From Xylographa opegraphella (lineage: Eukaryota): 64,000 nucleotides of DNA. Below are positions 1 to 10,720 of the stretch, one piece after another (the first letter of the stretch is position 1; each line of letters starts with the position of its first letter). The stretch is from the NCBI GenBank assembly GCA_022813865.1, contig JALDZX010000004.1, positions 434,001-498,000 on the forward strand, written 5' to 3'. A model generated the notes under the pieces. That model made no database searches, was not told the origin of the DNA, and saw only the letters and a list, made by a program, of their open reading frames with translations. The translations under genes and the position numbers were made by a program.

Positions 1-735
1 GGTCCCCAGTGACCCAGTTAGGAACGGTACTGTCCGAGGAACCGCAGAGTTTGAGACAGATGATGGCTGAATTGCCTTTTCTTGTGGTATAGAGCTCGCG
101 GTTGCCAATGTCTTAGCTTGAGTATTGAAGGCGGACGCAGGTGACGGCAATAAAACCCTCAGGTGTGGAGGGAGTGGACTTGCTTCTGTTGTTGGGGCGG
201 ACGCGGATGCTGGCAATAAAACCCTCGGATGTAGGGGAAGCTGACTCGCTTGAGGTTTCATTGAAGACACCTTGGCCGACGCTCCCGAAAGATTTTTGGC
301 TGAGGCTTTAGGCACGTTTCCAGATCGATACTTCTCTAGATGAGCATCCAAGCATGCTCTCCACTGTTGAACTGTCGCAGCTGGTAGCCACGGCTGTGGC
401 TTCTGCTCGATGATGGTACAAGGATGAGGTGGAGAGCATTCATTCTTTGCTGATGAAGTTGACTGAGACCCGGGGTTTTCTGTTGGCTGAAGACGAGGTG
501 CAATACCAGGATTTTCAGTCAGTCCATCACCACGGTTACCAAGACCAGACTGTGGAATGATTAATACTGATCCTTCAGGAGAATTGCTATTAGTCTCTGC
601 ATTGACTGGTGATGGCGATTGTAGCATCCGGATGTGAGGAATCAGCCTGTTGGTCTCTGTGTTGGAGGATGATTGTGATTGCAGTACCCGGAGGTGAGGA
701 GGAAGCCAACCAGCTGTACCTGTAGAGTGCGCCAT
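1..735 (-). CDS. Hypothetical Pro/Ser-rich protein with repeated LPPHLRVL-like motifs; 3' end outside window
   Basis: ATG at 735; frame open without a stop to position 1 (245 codons, MAHSTGTAGWLPPHLRVLQ...). Absent from the ORF track because no stop falls in the window. Confidence 0.7.
   Translation of the reverse strand, partial: MAHSTGTAGWLPPHLRVLQSQSSSNTETNRLIPHIRMLQSPSPVNAETNSNSPEGSVLIIPQSGLGNRGDGLTENPGIAPRLQPTENPGSQSTSSAKNECSPPHPCTIIEQKPQPWLPAATVQQWRACLDAHLEKYRSGNVPKASAKNLSGASAKVSSMKPQASQLPLHPRVLLPASASAPTTEASPLPPHLRVLLPSPASAFNTQAKTLATASSIPQEKAIQPSSVSNSAVPRTVPFLTGSLGT
131..252. repeat. Diverged 66-bp tandem duplication within the first CDS (a second 60-bp pair lies at about 590-707)
   Basis: gcggacgcaggtgacggcaataaaaccctcaggtgtggagggag (131) vs gcggacgcggatgctggcaataaaaccctcggatgtaggggaag (197); both periods are multiples of 3. 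Confidence 0.75.
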
Positions 736-1334
736 CGCGGCTAATAAGCCTGCGGCAGAAGAAAGTGTGTCTTGGGGTAAGTACGTAGGTAAGGTGCCTT
801 ATGCAGCAGAGATGTGAAGAAGAGGAAGCTACCTTACGACACGAGAGTGATTAAGCGAGCTTCTCGCTAGCGGTTAGCTAGGAAGCTTGTGAATGTCAAT
901 ACCGTAAAGACCAATCTCGATCGGGACATCAGATAGTGTTAGAGAATTGACACTGCTACGAAATGAGAGACATAAATTTAAATAGACTCACAACTCTGGT
1001 CGAGCCGCTCTATATTCAGTTCACACTAACTGTCCGATTCACCAGTGAAGACAGACGTCTGCCAAGTAGCCTACCAGTGCAAACATTCTCGATTCATGTT
1101 GCATAATTCTTGGTAGCTAGAATGTTACCGCGTACTTCTTCAATGGGTGATGTTGTGATTATCCAAATGGAGCATATTCGGCCACCACATCCCTCACTGT
1201 GTAGCTATCTATATATCTGAAACACCTTGTAAAATGGTGAGGGACAACTGCTTAGGAGTCAGTCAAAATCCTCAGCATTTTACTATTACAACAATAGTCG
1301 CACTCACAGTCACGTCTTTACCTTCGCTAGATAC

Positions 1335-1958
1335 TCAATCCTTCGTGCCAAAACACCCGCTGAAGCACCCAAAGTGGCGTTTGTCTACCCTTAGCACCTT
1401 TGCTTCCATCTTCTTCTCATAGGCTAGCCTTCCTTCCTCAACTCTTGATCGCTCAAAGGCTTTGCGACTTCCAATAGTAGTCACGTTTCCAAACCTCTCA
1501 GTAGCCACATATCCAGACCCTTCACTACTCACACTGGCGTTGCGTGCTGCGGCAACTGCTTTCAGAATACTCTCCTGCCGCTCACGGATTGTGAGAGGGC
1601 GTTTGGGGTCTGCGATATATTCCTGAGCGCGTAGAAGGCGTCCCGAAGGCGATTGCACAAGCTTAGGCAACTTCTTCTTTCGACCACTGCGGCCAGTTGC
1701 ATTGGTCATAAAAACCTCGATATTGTCGTCGGCACAAATACCTAGAAGATCGTAAGGATCAATAATTTCGGACATACGGTTCAGACGCTGAGGCGGAGCT
1801 GGGGGAGTGATGTTCGATACACATTTGGCGTCAGCATAGTTCGGATTGGCTGAGCTGTAGAAAACTTCATAAACCTTTTCGACAGTAAGACCAGGATTGA
1901 GAGGTGTCTGTGAGGACGCAGACCCGCGGCGGGCTTCATGCGACTGCGATTGACCCAT
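1335..1958 (-). CDS. Hypothetical 207-aa protein, possibly lipid-anchored
   Basis: Single ORF; N-terminal MGQSQS fits the N-myristoylation pattern MGxxxS; C-terminal KRHFGCFSGCFG is a basic plus di-Cys motif. Confidence 0.65.
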   Translation of the reverse strand: MGQSQSHEARRGSASSQTPLNPGLTVEKVYEVFYSSANPNYADAKCVSNITPPAPPQRLNRMSEIIDPYDLLGICADDNIEVFMTNATGRSGRKKKLPKLVQSPSGRLLRAQEYIADPKRPLTIRERQESILKAVAAARNASVSSEGSGYVATERFGNVTTIGSRKAFERSRVEEGRLAYEKKMEAKVLRVDKRHFGCFSGCFGTKD

Positions 1959-2619
1959 GGTAATTGGAGGATGACCGAGATCTTTAGGTAATTTGCTGAA
2001 GCTCAGAGATTTCAGTTGCTAAGATCGTCAATTGAGAGGGAAAGAAGGTTCAGCCGATGGACTGACTTCGTCTCGAAATGGCGGTATCAGCTTGCGCAAT
2101 TTGATTGAAGTCCAACGTAAAGTAATATAGAAGGCAGTACCGCACTGCTTGAGAAATATGTATTACCGGGGTTATAAGACTAGACCAGCTAGTTTAGACC
2201 AAATATGTGTTCATGAAGTGGAAGAGTCTCGTATTAGGATAAACATATGTTCTGTATATTATTATTAGTTAGGGTTACTGGGAAACACTATTCCTTGGCG
2301 AGCGCCGCTCAGCCGGGGAGATCGCTGATTCGAAGCGCACAATCACTATGCTATGATTATGTGCCACAGTAATATCTTCACGCGCGTGCATACTCAGGGA
2401 GATCGCTCTGTTTTCATGTTCTTGGTTGCGTGAAATGTTGTTGGAAGCGTTGGTATCCAACAGTTGTACTGCTTTACTCAACCAACATTGAAAGTTCTTC
2501 ATATGATACATATGGACAGCGGCGTCTTTAACTAGGAACAAATCTGAAATTGAAACTTCATGTGTCACCACTTATTGACGTGCCGATGAAACACACTGGT
2601 TCCCCAAAATGTCGCGATC

Positions 2620-3600
2620 TCAAAATCGGGTAAATGGAAGCCCTGTAGACATATGAGCATTGAATACGATATAAAGAGGACCTGGATACTCAAATTTTCC
2701 TCTGAGATGTATGTTGACTGTGTGAAAACCACAAAGTCAGCATTTGAGCTTTGTCAGTGTTCTGGCAGTCCAATCAACAGGCCCCCTGCAGGGGTCCTGC
2801 TGCCGAAACAATGCTCGAGCACCAGTTTACATTATTGGGAACGTGTAACAGAAGGACACGTACCCCATACCGTGCCATCCGCTGCTTCTTCTTTCTCGAC
2901 TGTGGAAGAAATTGGTATTAGCATTTGCTTGTAAGTGTCACGTAGCCACCTCCAGAAATGCATAGGTCTCCCAGAACGTTAAACATAGGCACATGATCTT
3001 TAAATGGAAAGGTTGGGAACTGGCGTACCTTTTGTGCTAAAAGCAATTGCGCTCATAATGCCATCGCCGACTGTTTACATGTTCAGTCCGTGTAATAAGT
3101 CAGAATTGGTGTCATTGATCACTCACACTTCTCGTTAATCACAGCCTTATAAGCGTATCCCTAAGGTGGCTTTTGTCAGCAATTTACGAGTGGTCCAGAA
3201 AATGCTCAGAATAACTAACATAGTTCTGAACAATTTCGAACAGACGATAGATTAACGGCTCCTTCGGCGGCATATCGATAGTACGGCCACGATCAGGGAA
3301 GCCTGCAAGCTCTTGGGTGAGCTTGGCATGGTCCACCCCCAGTAACTTCGACAACTTGTCGATGTCCTCCCCTGAAGCACGAGCTTGTCCATAGAACATT
3401 GCTGCGACCGCGACTTCCGCACGACCAAGCTCTTTTGCAATAGCTTCGAAAGTCAACTTCTTGGCCGCTTTAGCCTCGAACATGGTCATTGCCGATTCCG
3501 GAAGGCGGTTGCGGAGAGATGTCTGGTCAGAACATTAGAGTCTCGTTATGGAGTAATTGTGAAGCGGATATCTTACATCTAAAGTTGCGAGGTGCGACAT
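2620..3600 (-). CDS. cyn1: Cyanate hydratase (cyanase)
   Basis: Exons 3600-3577, 3522-3220, 3160-3127, 3070-3029, 2899-2864, 2717-2694, 2642-2620. Product has cyanase motifs [36 protein letters not shown]. The last donor is non-canonical (TTGAGT). Confidence 0.95.
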
Positions 3601-4527
3601 CTTGACGGTGTTTGGTAGAATTGAAAGATTCTGCGAGTGTGCCTGCTCTTGCGTTGGTGATTGTATAGAAAAGACTTCAATACATCAGGAGGGGCATTTG
3701 ATCTGAAAGAATTGAAAATGACCCCCCCACCTGCGTCATGGCGTTGTGGAGACTCCATTAGTCCGATATAGACACCACTCCATACTTGGTATCGGAACCG
3801 TACTGCGCAGAGTGCATTTGTCTTATCGACAGTGTCCATACGCGTCTCAATGAGAATGGGTAACACGCAGGTATGAACCCACGCGGAGTTCTAACAAAAT
3901 GTGGTTTCGGAAATGCTTGGCGTGGCGGCCGCCGCGAAAATCCGACCTATGTTGGGACCAACCGTAACATGACCAGTCTGAGTCTCAAATCTGTGACTGC
4001 ACCTCTACTTGTCGAACAGTAGTGGACTTCGGTCTGGTTGGCATGTTCTCGTGCCCAGATTATCAACCAGAGGACCACACCTGAGAACTATGCTTTATGT
4101 ACCTCGCATAACTTCTTCAAATCCAACCAACCTGTTCAAGGAGCCTTCTTTTTAGCATTGAATTCTGAGCTCCATGGCTACAAAGACTTCACGATGGCTG
4201 TGGCAGACCACACGGCCAATCATTCATAACTCAGCATAATCATGGAAGTAGATCAGTTGCAGATGTCGTGCTGAGCTTTGCAAAAAACACTTCTTTCCGC
4301 CACTGACGGTTGCATACCGTACGCGGATGGTGCTCCTATCTTACTCCAGGGCGGGCCCGGGACAACGCTAGAAGCAGTCAGACCTAGTGATAGGACTCAT
4401 TGCTTACACCCCCAGGAGCAATGGAAACCGCTCAATCTCCATTTCTGTCCTATTTCTTTCCGGCTTGACGTATGGATCTCTGACACTCTTGTCTCGATCA
4501 AGTCTTGCTGAATCCACTCAACTCACG

Positions 4528-5202
4528 ATGGCTTCAAGTTCGTCGCCTCCAGATTCCCTGTCTTCTTTGAAGTCTATCTTACATACTCCACGTCTCACTC
4601 TCACTGTATTCGATGAAAACAGACCTGATAACTGCGACCACGTTATAGTATGCTTCCAAGATCCCGTCTCCATGCAGGCAATGGGTGACTACGGTATCCG
4701 CAATCACCAGCAGCTCAAAGCTCTGTCCGATAATTTGGTCTTGTCACCCTCCTTCAGTAATGGAAAGGTCCCGCGCGGAATGGCTGCCTACAATATTCAT
4801 CTAGGATCTACTCCCTCAGATCCAACGATAGGTGTACTCAGTCTCGCGCAACGGTCAAAAACAGTTCCTCCAGATATAGGTTGGATAGTTTTGCACCAGT
4901 ACGCCGGTCATGGGTATGCAACCGAGGCAGCCAGGGAGTTTTTTGGGTATATGACTGAGGACTGCGGTGTTATGGAAATGGTCGCTATAGTGAAGCCTAC
5001 CAATGTGGTGAGCATTAAAATCGCCGAGAAGTTGGGATTTGTCGAGTCAGGAGAATTACTCTCGGATGACGGAATACCGAAGTTAGTATATACAATGAAC
5101 GGGAAGAAACAGGTCGATCCTGAATCTTGTTTCAGCTTTTACGGCGATGGCGAGCAAAGGAGGATAGTCAGAGAGATGTCGACCGGAACGTCCGGACATT
5201 AA
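4528..5202 (+). CDS. GNAT N-acetyltransferase, RimJ/RimL-like (Acetyltransf_3)
   Basis: LHTPRLTL N-terminal motif, PPDIGW, YAGHGYATEAA acetyl-CoA loop, N..SIKIAEKLGF; first ATG at 4528. Confidence 0.88.
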   Translation: MASSSSPPDSLSSLKSILHTPRLTLTVFDENRPDNCDHVIVCFQDPVSMQAMGDYGIRNHQQLKALSDNLVLSPSFSNGKVPRGMAAYNIHLGSTPSDPTIGVLSLAQRSKTVPPDIGWIVLHQYAGHGYATEAAREFFGYMTEDCGVMEMVAIVKPTNVVSIKIAEKLGFVESGELLSDDGIPKLVYTMNGKKQVDPESCFSFYGDGEQRRIVREMSTGTSGH

Positions 5203-5837
5203 GAAGCATTCAATCCTATAATTTACAACCAGACACAGCGTAAGAAGTTAGTGGTTCAGTGCTGATTCGGTGATATAGCCATCAAGTATCGCCAAGGACT
5301 CTTTCTTCACGTCTACGTCAGATATAAAAGCTTTCACCACCTTCACTCTATCCTCAGTACTCCAAATTTAGCAATCAATCTTCCTCGTAACTTCAGTCTC
5401 AAATCCCATTCCGAAGACACTATTCTGTCCATGTTCTTCTGTCCTTCTTTACGTCTCACATTATTCAATTGACTGTAATCGCCGTTGAAGCTACCCCAAA
5501 AACGATTCAGGGACGGTATCAACTGATTGATAGCCCACATCTCAACACAGTCCGTTATTTCATTGCGCAGATATATCAGTTCATAATCTTATTTGCTTAG
5601 GCCGAGTCGTTACTGACTGGCAGCTTCAAGATCATAAACAACTCACCCTTACATATATCAGGAGCAAAACCCTCGATCTTCTTTTTAGGGTTACACTTCG
5701 AGTTCCTTTACTCAAGTTCATCAACACAATCGATCCCCTTTCGGTTCTCGCTTATCAGCCAAGTCCCTCATTCAAGACGCACTTTTGCCATTTCTACCCA
5801 ACATATTGTCTTCACTTGTCATCTTCCAAAAGCTCAG

Positions 5838-7149
5838 ATGTCTTCATACCGCACAGGTTACAACGGAGCCTATGAACCATACAGATACAGCCCCTACAAC
5901 CGCTATGACTATCGTCCTAGTGTACCACAGTACATAGCACCACATGATGACTATAATTATCGAAGGCCACCAGAGGATCATGAGTATCATAGATCTGCGC
6001 TTTATTGGGATACACGCTATCAAGAAAGAGTATCACGCAATGTAAATAATCTACCGTACCGTGAGGGAGATCGTGCTTGGCATCGTGTGGATACTGAGCT
6101 GCATAGAAGCCCTTATGCACCTCAAGGTCGGTATAGTCCCAACAATGGACACTATCACTGACTCTTACGCAGTAAGCATGTCGCCGTTCAGTTCTGGACC
6201 TAATTACAAACCAGAGCGTCTACTATATGATCACAATGCACCAGGATTGCGGCAGCTTCAAAATTCTCTTGTGCAACCTTTCCAACGACTTTTAGGCGAC
6301 CCCATTAACATAGCCGAAAGTCGAAAGCCACCTACTCAGTCACAGAATTGGTTTGCTGAGTCCGTTCCTACAGTCTCGTCGGCCCGAAACGAATCGACGA
6401 CAGCTGGATCATCGTATGCTAATCTCGCGCCGGGTTATCAACCTACAGCGATGCCTGTAGATGAAGTTTTCGCCAGTGAGATAGCAGCCCAAAGGAAAAC
6501 AGTAGCTGATTCGCGGAAGATAGCGGAAGCAGCGAAGTGGAAACGACTTCGGGAGCAGAGAGTCGCCAGGAATGAAGCTCTTGCAGTGCAAAAAGCGGAG
6601 AGAGCGAAATGGATTGCAGAAGAAGAAGCTAGCAGGAAAAGGCATATTGCAGAACCAGAAGCTCAAAGATTGAAAAAAACTGCGGAACAAGAAGCTCAGA
6701 GAATGAAACAAACTTCCGAACGGGAAGTTGAAATGGAAAACCAAAGGCTTGCAGAAGAAAAAGCCAAATCAGAGAGCCAGGTTCTTGTAGAACAGGGACC
6801 CGATATTGGAGAGCAGAATCATGAGAAACGACGCATTCCCCGACAGCAACGAGTCAAGACAAATCTGCAGCATGAGGCAGACCGCCATCACAACATGCGT
6901 GCACAGGAGAAACTGCTGGAGCAGGTATATAAAGAGCACAATATTGATGTTGTCAAAGTTGAGACGCGTTCCGGAGGGGCTATGTATGCACCATGGGACA
7001 GTAATGTCGGAGATATACTTGACCAACAGAAGCAAGAAGAGCTAGACCGGAAAGGACTATATTTCTGGTTGGAAGCTGGCACTGCGGTGTCAGTCTCACA
7101 AAACAATGATAGCTTGGAGACCACTGAGGATGTCACTATGAGTGGATAA
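5838..7149 (+). CDS. Hypothetical protein (about 421 aa): Tyr/Arg/Pro-rich N-terminus and E/K/R/Q coiled-coil
   Basis: ORFs 5838.. and 6061..7149 are joined in frame by intron 6127-6172 (GTCGGT..CTGAC..CAG). Confidence 0.65.
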
Positions 7150-7681
7150 ATTTGCCAAGCATGTGGCAGACGGTGGTGGTCGTATATGTCTGTTCACCCG
7201 CTCCGGGGTGAGCCTCAAATATTGCTCTTGGCATCCGAGTTTTCCTCACTTTGACAACAGCGGTTGAGGGTCTTGTCTCTTCAGTAGAACAGAATAGAAC
7301 AAGATTTAGACATGAATACAGAATTTTTAGATTGCAACCAGTCCAAGAGTGCTTGATTGACCTCACTAATCGACCCCAAGGAGAGATGGAACTCTTCATC
7401 AGGGGTCACTTAGGGCTTTAGCCTCCGCCGCACATCAGGATACTGTAGGCTCGTGGCTCGTGGCCCTTGGCCGCATTCGGGTCACGCGGCTGAATTTAGC
7501 GTTGGGCGCCTGAGGAGCTGCAACGACTGAGCTAAAGCGACTTACTGTGACAGCACTCCGAGAATTCAGCCACGAATGCAGCAGATCAGCTGCACATCTG
7601 CTTAGCAGTCAATACATAGTACTTTTCCGACCTGTAGATGCCTTCCACGTTATAGAATATGCGACTCTGAACAACAAACAG

Positions 7682-8632
7682 ATGTCTACAACAAGTGTCA
7701 CTCTGGTTGAACGGCCTCGCATGTCGACCCCAGTGAATAGCGTTGCTGTTACTACTTGTCCGAATTGTGGAGCCAAGACTCACGAAGAACATGCCTATGG
7801 TGCTCAAGAAGCTCAACGGAAGATCGAAGAGCTAGAAGCCCAGATCAAAATACTAACCCTCAAGGCTACGGAAGCTGGTGAGACTTGATTCTGGTTGCCG
7901 AACCCTCTTCATGTGAAGCTAACAGATCTTGCTGCTCTAGTCGAGCGTGCAACAGACTACGAAGATGCTCTGCGTCAATTCGCTTCGGCCGCACCTTCAC
8001 CACATCCTCCACATATAATCACAACTGCTGCTGCGCACCAATCGTCACGGCCAGGTACTGCCACCTCGGACTACCCTCCTCTACCAGGTACGGCCGGTAC
8101 ACCCTATCGACCCGCTACCCCGAACGCTCCCCCCAATTCTCGTCTTTCCCGACTCTTACCAACACGGCGCTCCAATGTTCCTTCGTTATCCACTGCACCC
8201 CTCCACAATCAACCGCCAACTTCGGCGAACTACCCTTATCAATATCCACATACAGCAGGGCTACCTTCCACGGATACAGAGACAGAACTCCTGAGTGCTC
8301 TAACTCGTGAGCAGACATTACGATTAGCAGCTGAAAATGCAGTTACTCAGACCAATGAGGAGATTGAGGAGCTGACCGGGCAGCTATTTCAACAGGCGAA
8401 TGAAATGGTGGCTACTGAAAGAAAAGCTAGGGCGAGACTGGAGGAAAGGGTCTTGGTTCTAGAGAAAAGAGACGGGGAGAAGCAAAAAAGACTGGAGCTT
8501 CTGGAGATGAGGCTTGCTAGGATCGAGCGCGTTAGGGGTATGTTGAGAGACAGGGAGAAGGAGAGAGAAAGAGAAAAGTCCATCGAGCCTGAGGCTATCA
8601 AGCAAGAAGTAGAGGCTGAAGAGAATAAATGA
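7682..8632 (+). CDS. Small Sec2p-domain (Rab GEF coiled-coil) protein
   Basis: Intron 7878-7940 (GTGAGA..GCTAAC..TAG) gives ...KATEAVERATDYEDALR; Sec2 signature EIEELTGQLFQQANEMVATERK; N-terminal CPNCG. Start codon uncertain. Confidence 0.85.
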
Positions 8633-9339
8633 TTCTACTCATGACGGGCATCGATAAGTTGTTCGGAGATTTGCAGCTCCATTGTGCGCTAATTCCAAAA
8701 ATGTGGGAAAGACTTCCTCTCCAGGTGGGCCAAGATATTTCTACATTTCTCCCTTTGATCATTTGATAAGGGGCTCTCCCGCTATCCATTTAGCTCTACA
8801 TTATACAGAAAATTACGAAATTGTGTCCTTCGGTTGTGTTTGCTCTTTCTCATTCATTATTAATTCACTTCCTTTGAGTGGTATTATTCATTAATGTGGA
8901 TGCTCCGATTCATTCACATTTATCCCTAGCTTTGAGATATGTTGTCGCAAACACTCCAGTTTCTTCCGCTCTACCTCTATATAACATAGAGTAACTTGAA
9001 CTTAATTTATACAGAGTCTAAAACTTGTTCCTGGGCGCCTATCGGAGGCTCATATGCTAGTATCATCGTGGTTGAATGGTCATTTTGTCATCGAGTACGC
9101 CCTCGCAACGACTGGCAAATATTGTAGGCGTTGAATGTCTGGCAGGTGCCATTACTCTTTTGCCAGACTATTGTTACTGAACTATCTTCTATGTTTGAAG
9201 CATGTGATACCGTCCTTATATATGACTTAAAGTATAATACCGAGTCGCCTTTATCTCCTCCGCTTTCTTGTGATGCATAGGCCCGTCCTCTGCTAACTGT
9301 TTACTTGAGAGAACCGATATATGCCACAATCAGCCGGGT

Positions 9340-10720
9340 TGACACATATCGATGCTATAGATGCTATGGCCTTCGCCGCCATGAAGATGAAGTCATATTA
9401 CGACCTTCATCACAGGCCAATCTTCAATATGAGAACCATCGAGATACATAAAAAAGTTTTGATGAAATATATAGGCAAACTTTGCCCGTATCACGTCTAC
9501 TATCGTTACCATGTCTTGCTCTGCTATATCAGAAAGAGACTGGTAAGCTCGAAGCTCGTTATCGTGGGCCAGTTAGAGTCACTGATTTGGGAGGATCGTA
9601 TGATACCTCCTACATTATTGCTCAGCTTGATGGACGACAAATGAGACATAAGAAAGATATCGAAGCAGATGGGAAGCGAGTTTTGCAACGCGAGGATGCT
9701 GGAGGAGGCGGCAGCAGGGAAAGCTGGCCCTTCGTTCTGGGCAGAGACCAGCAACGCCTCCGCTGTTGTTTCCAACCACCAGGACGCAGCGCATATCCTT
9801 TGACGATCATCCATCTGCGTCTGACTCACCGGGCTAAAGGGCAGTCCGAAAAGCCGGCCATCACGGCTAGAGACCTCAAAAGGGTAAAGGACAACGCCAA
9901 GATGCCGCAGCAACCTAAGGCCCATGAAAACTCCGTAGTAAAAAGCGGCAAAAACAAGGCCCGGGCAGAGCAGAGATGAAGAAAAGGGAACGTAAAAAAG
10001 TTAGAAAAAGCGGCAGAGGGAAAGGCTGGCCTTTCTTTCTGGGCAGAGACCAGCAATGCCTCTGCTGCTGTTCTTAACTACCGGAACGCTGCGCATATTT
10101 TACTAACAATCATTCATCTGCGTTTAACCCACCGGACCAAAGAACAATCAAAGAAGCCAGCTAATACGATTAAAAACTTCTGAAGGATAAAAAACAATTT
10201 TTAAAAACCGCAGAAGGTCCGGGTGGCGGGGGCGACGATTATAGGAAACCATTATTTAAAGGAATTAAGTAGCGTCTTTGGCTTCAGCATTCCGGGACAG
10301 ATCGTAAAGGTGGAGAGGGAAAAAGCGAGCAAAGTGGTTGATATCGCGCAATTGCCTATTGCTTCCACAAAGCAAGTCTCCGTCGAACGGAAAGTAGGGG
10401 AAGAGGACAACGGTGAAAAACCGACGGTGGAGAAGATTCCGACCAGCCGACACGATATTTAAGATACTGTACAGACGAAGAATACCCGAATATATACCGC
10501 CGCTACGAGGAAGGGTGGAGGAAAGAGCCCTGGAATGAGGAAGAAACTGATGTCAGTTAAAAGGAATATGCCTAAGAGATTAGGCGCTGTTTATATTGAC
10601 GGCAATACCGGCTATGACAAGTCATATAGATTGAAGAGCATTATCGATAAAAAAGTTACATCAACTGGATTCATCCGTTATCTGGTAAAGTGGAAAGATT
10701 ATGAATCAAACAGAAGTCGG
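9340..10720 (+). mobile_element. Degenerate Ty3/gypsy LTR-retrotransposon relics (integrase C-terminal fragments and a chromodomain)
   Basis: AMAFAAMKMKSYYDLHHRPIF (about 9360-9425); LLYQKETGKLEARYRGPVRV...SYIIAQLDGR, GPF/GPY-type (about 9520-9645); chromodomain-like YRLKSIIDKK..RYLVKWKDY (about 10625-10705). Fragments are in broken frames; no LTRs found. Confidence 0.8.
9687..10213. repeat. Diverged direct repeat (about 225 bp aligned, 302-bp offset); second copy enriched in G>A and C>T changes
   Basis: aacgcgaggatgctggaggaggcggcag (9687) vs aacgtaaaaaagttagaaaaagcggcag (9989); shared core ttctgggcagagaccagcaa; alignment extends to ccgcag at 9905/10208. Confidence 0.85.

Noticed and set aside
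2620..5202. Cyanase detoxification cluster (cyanase plus carbonic anhydrase type)
   Set aside because: No carbonic anhydrase in the window; the neighbour is a RimJ-type GNAT with no evident link.
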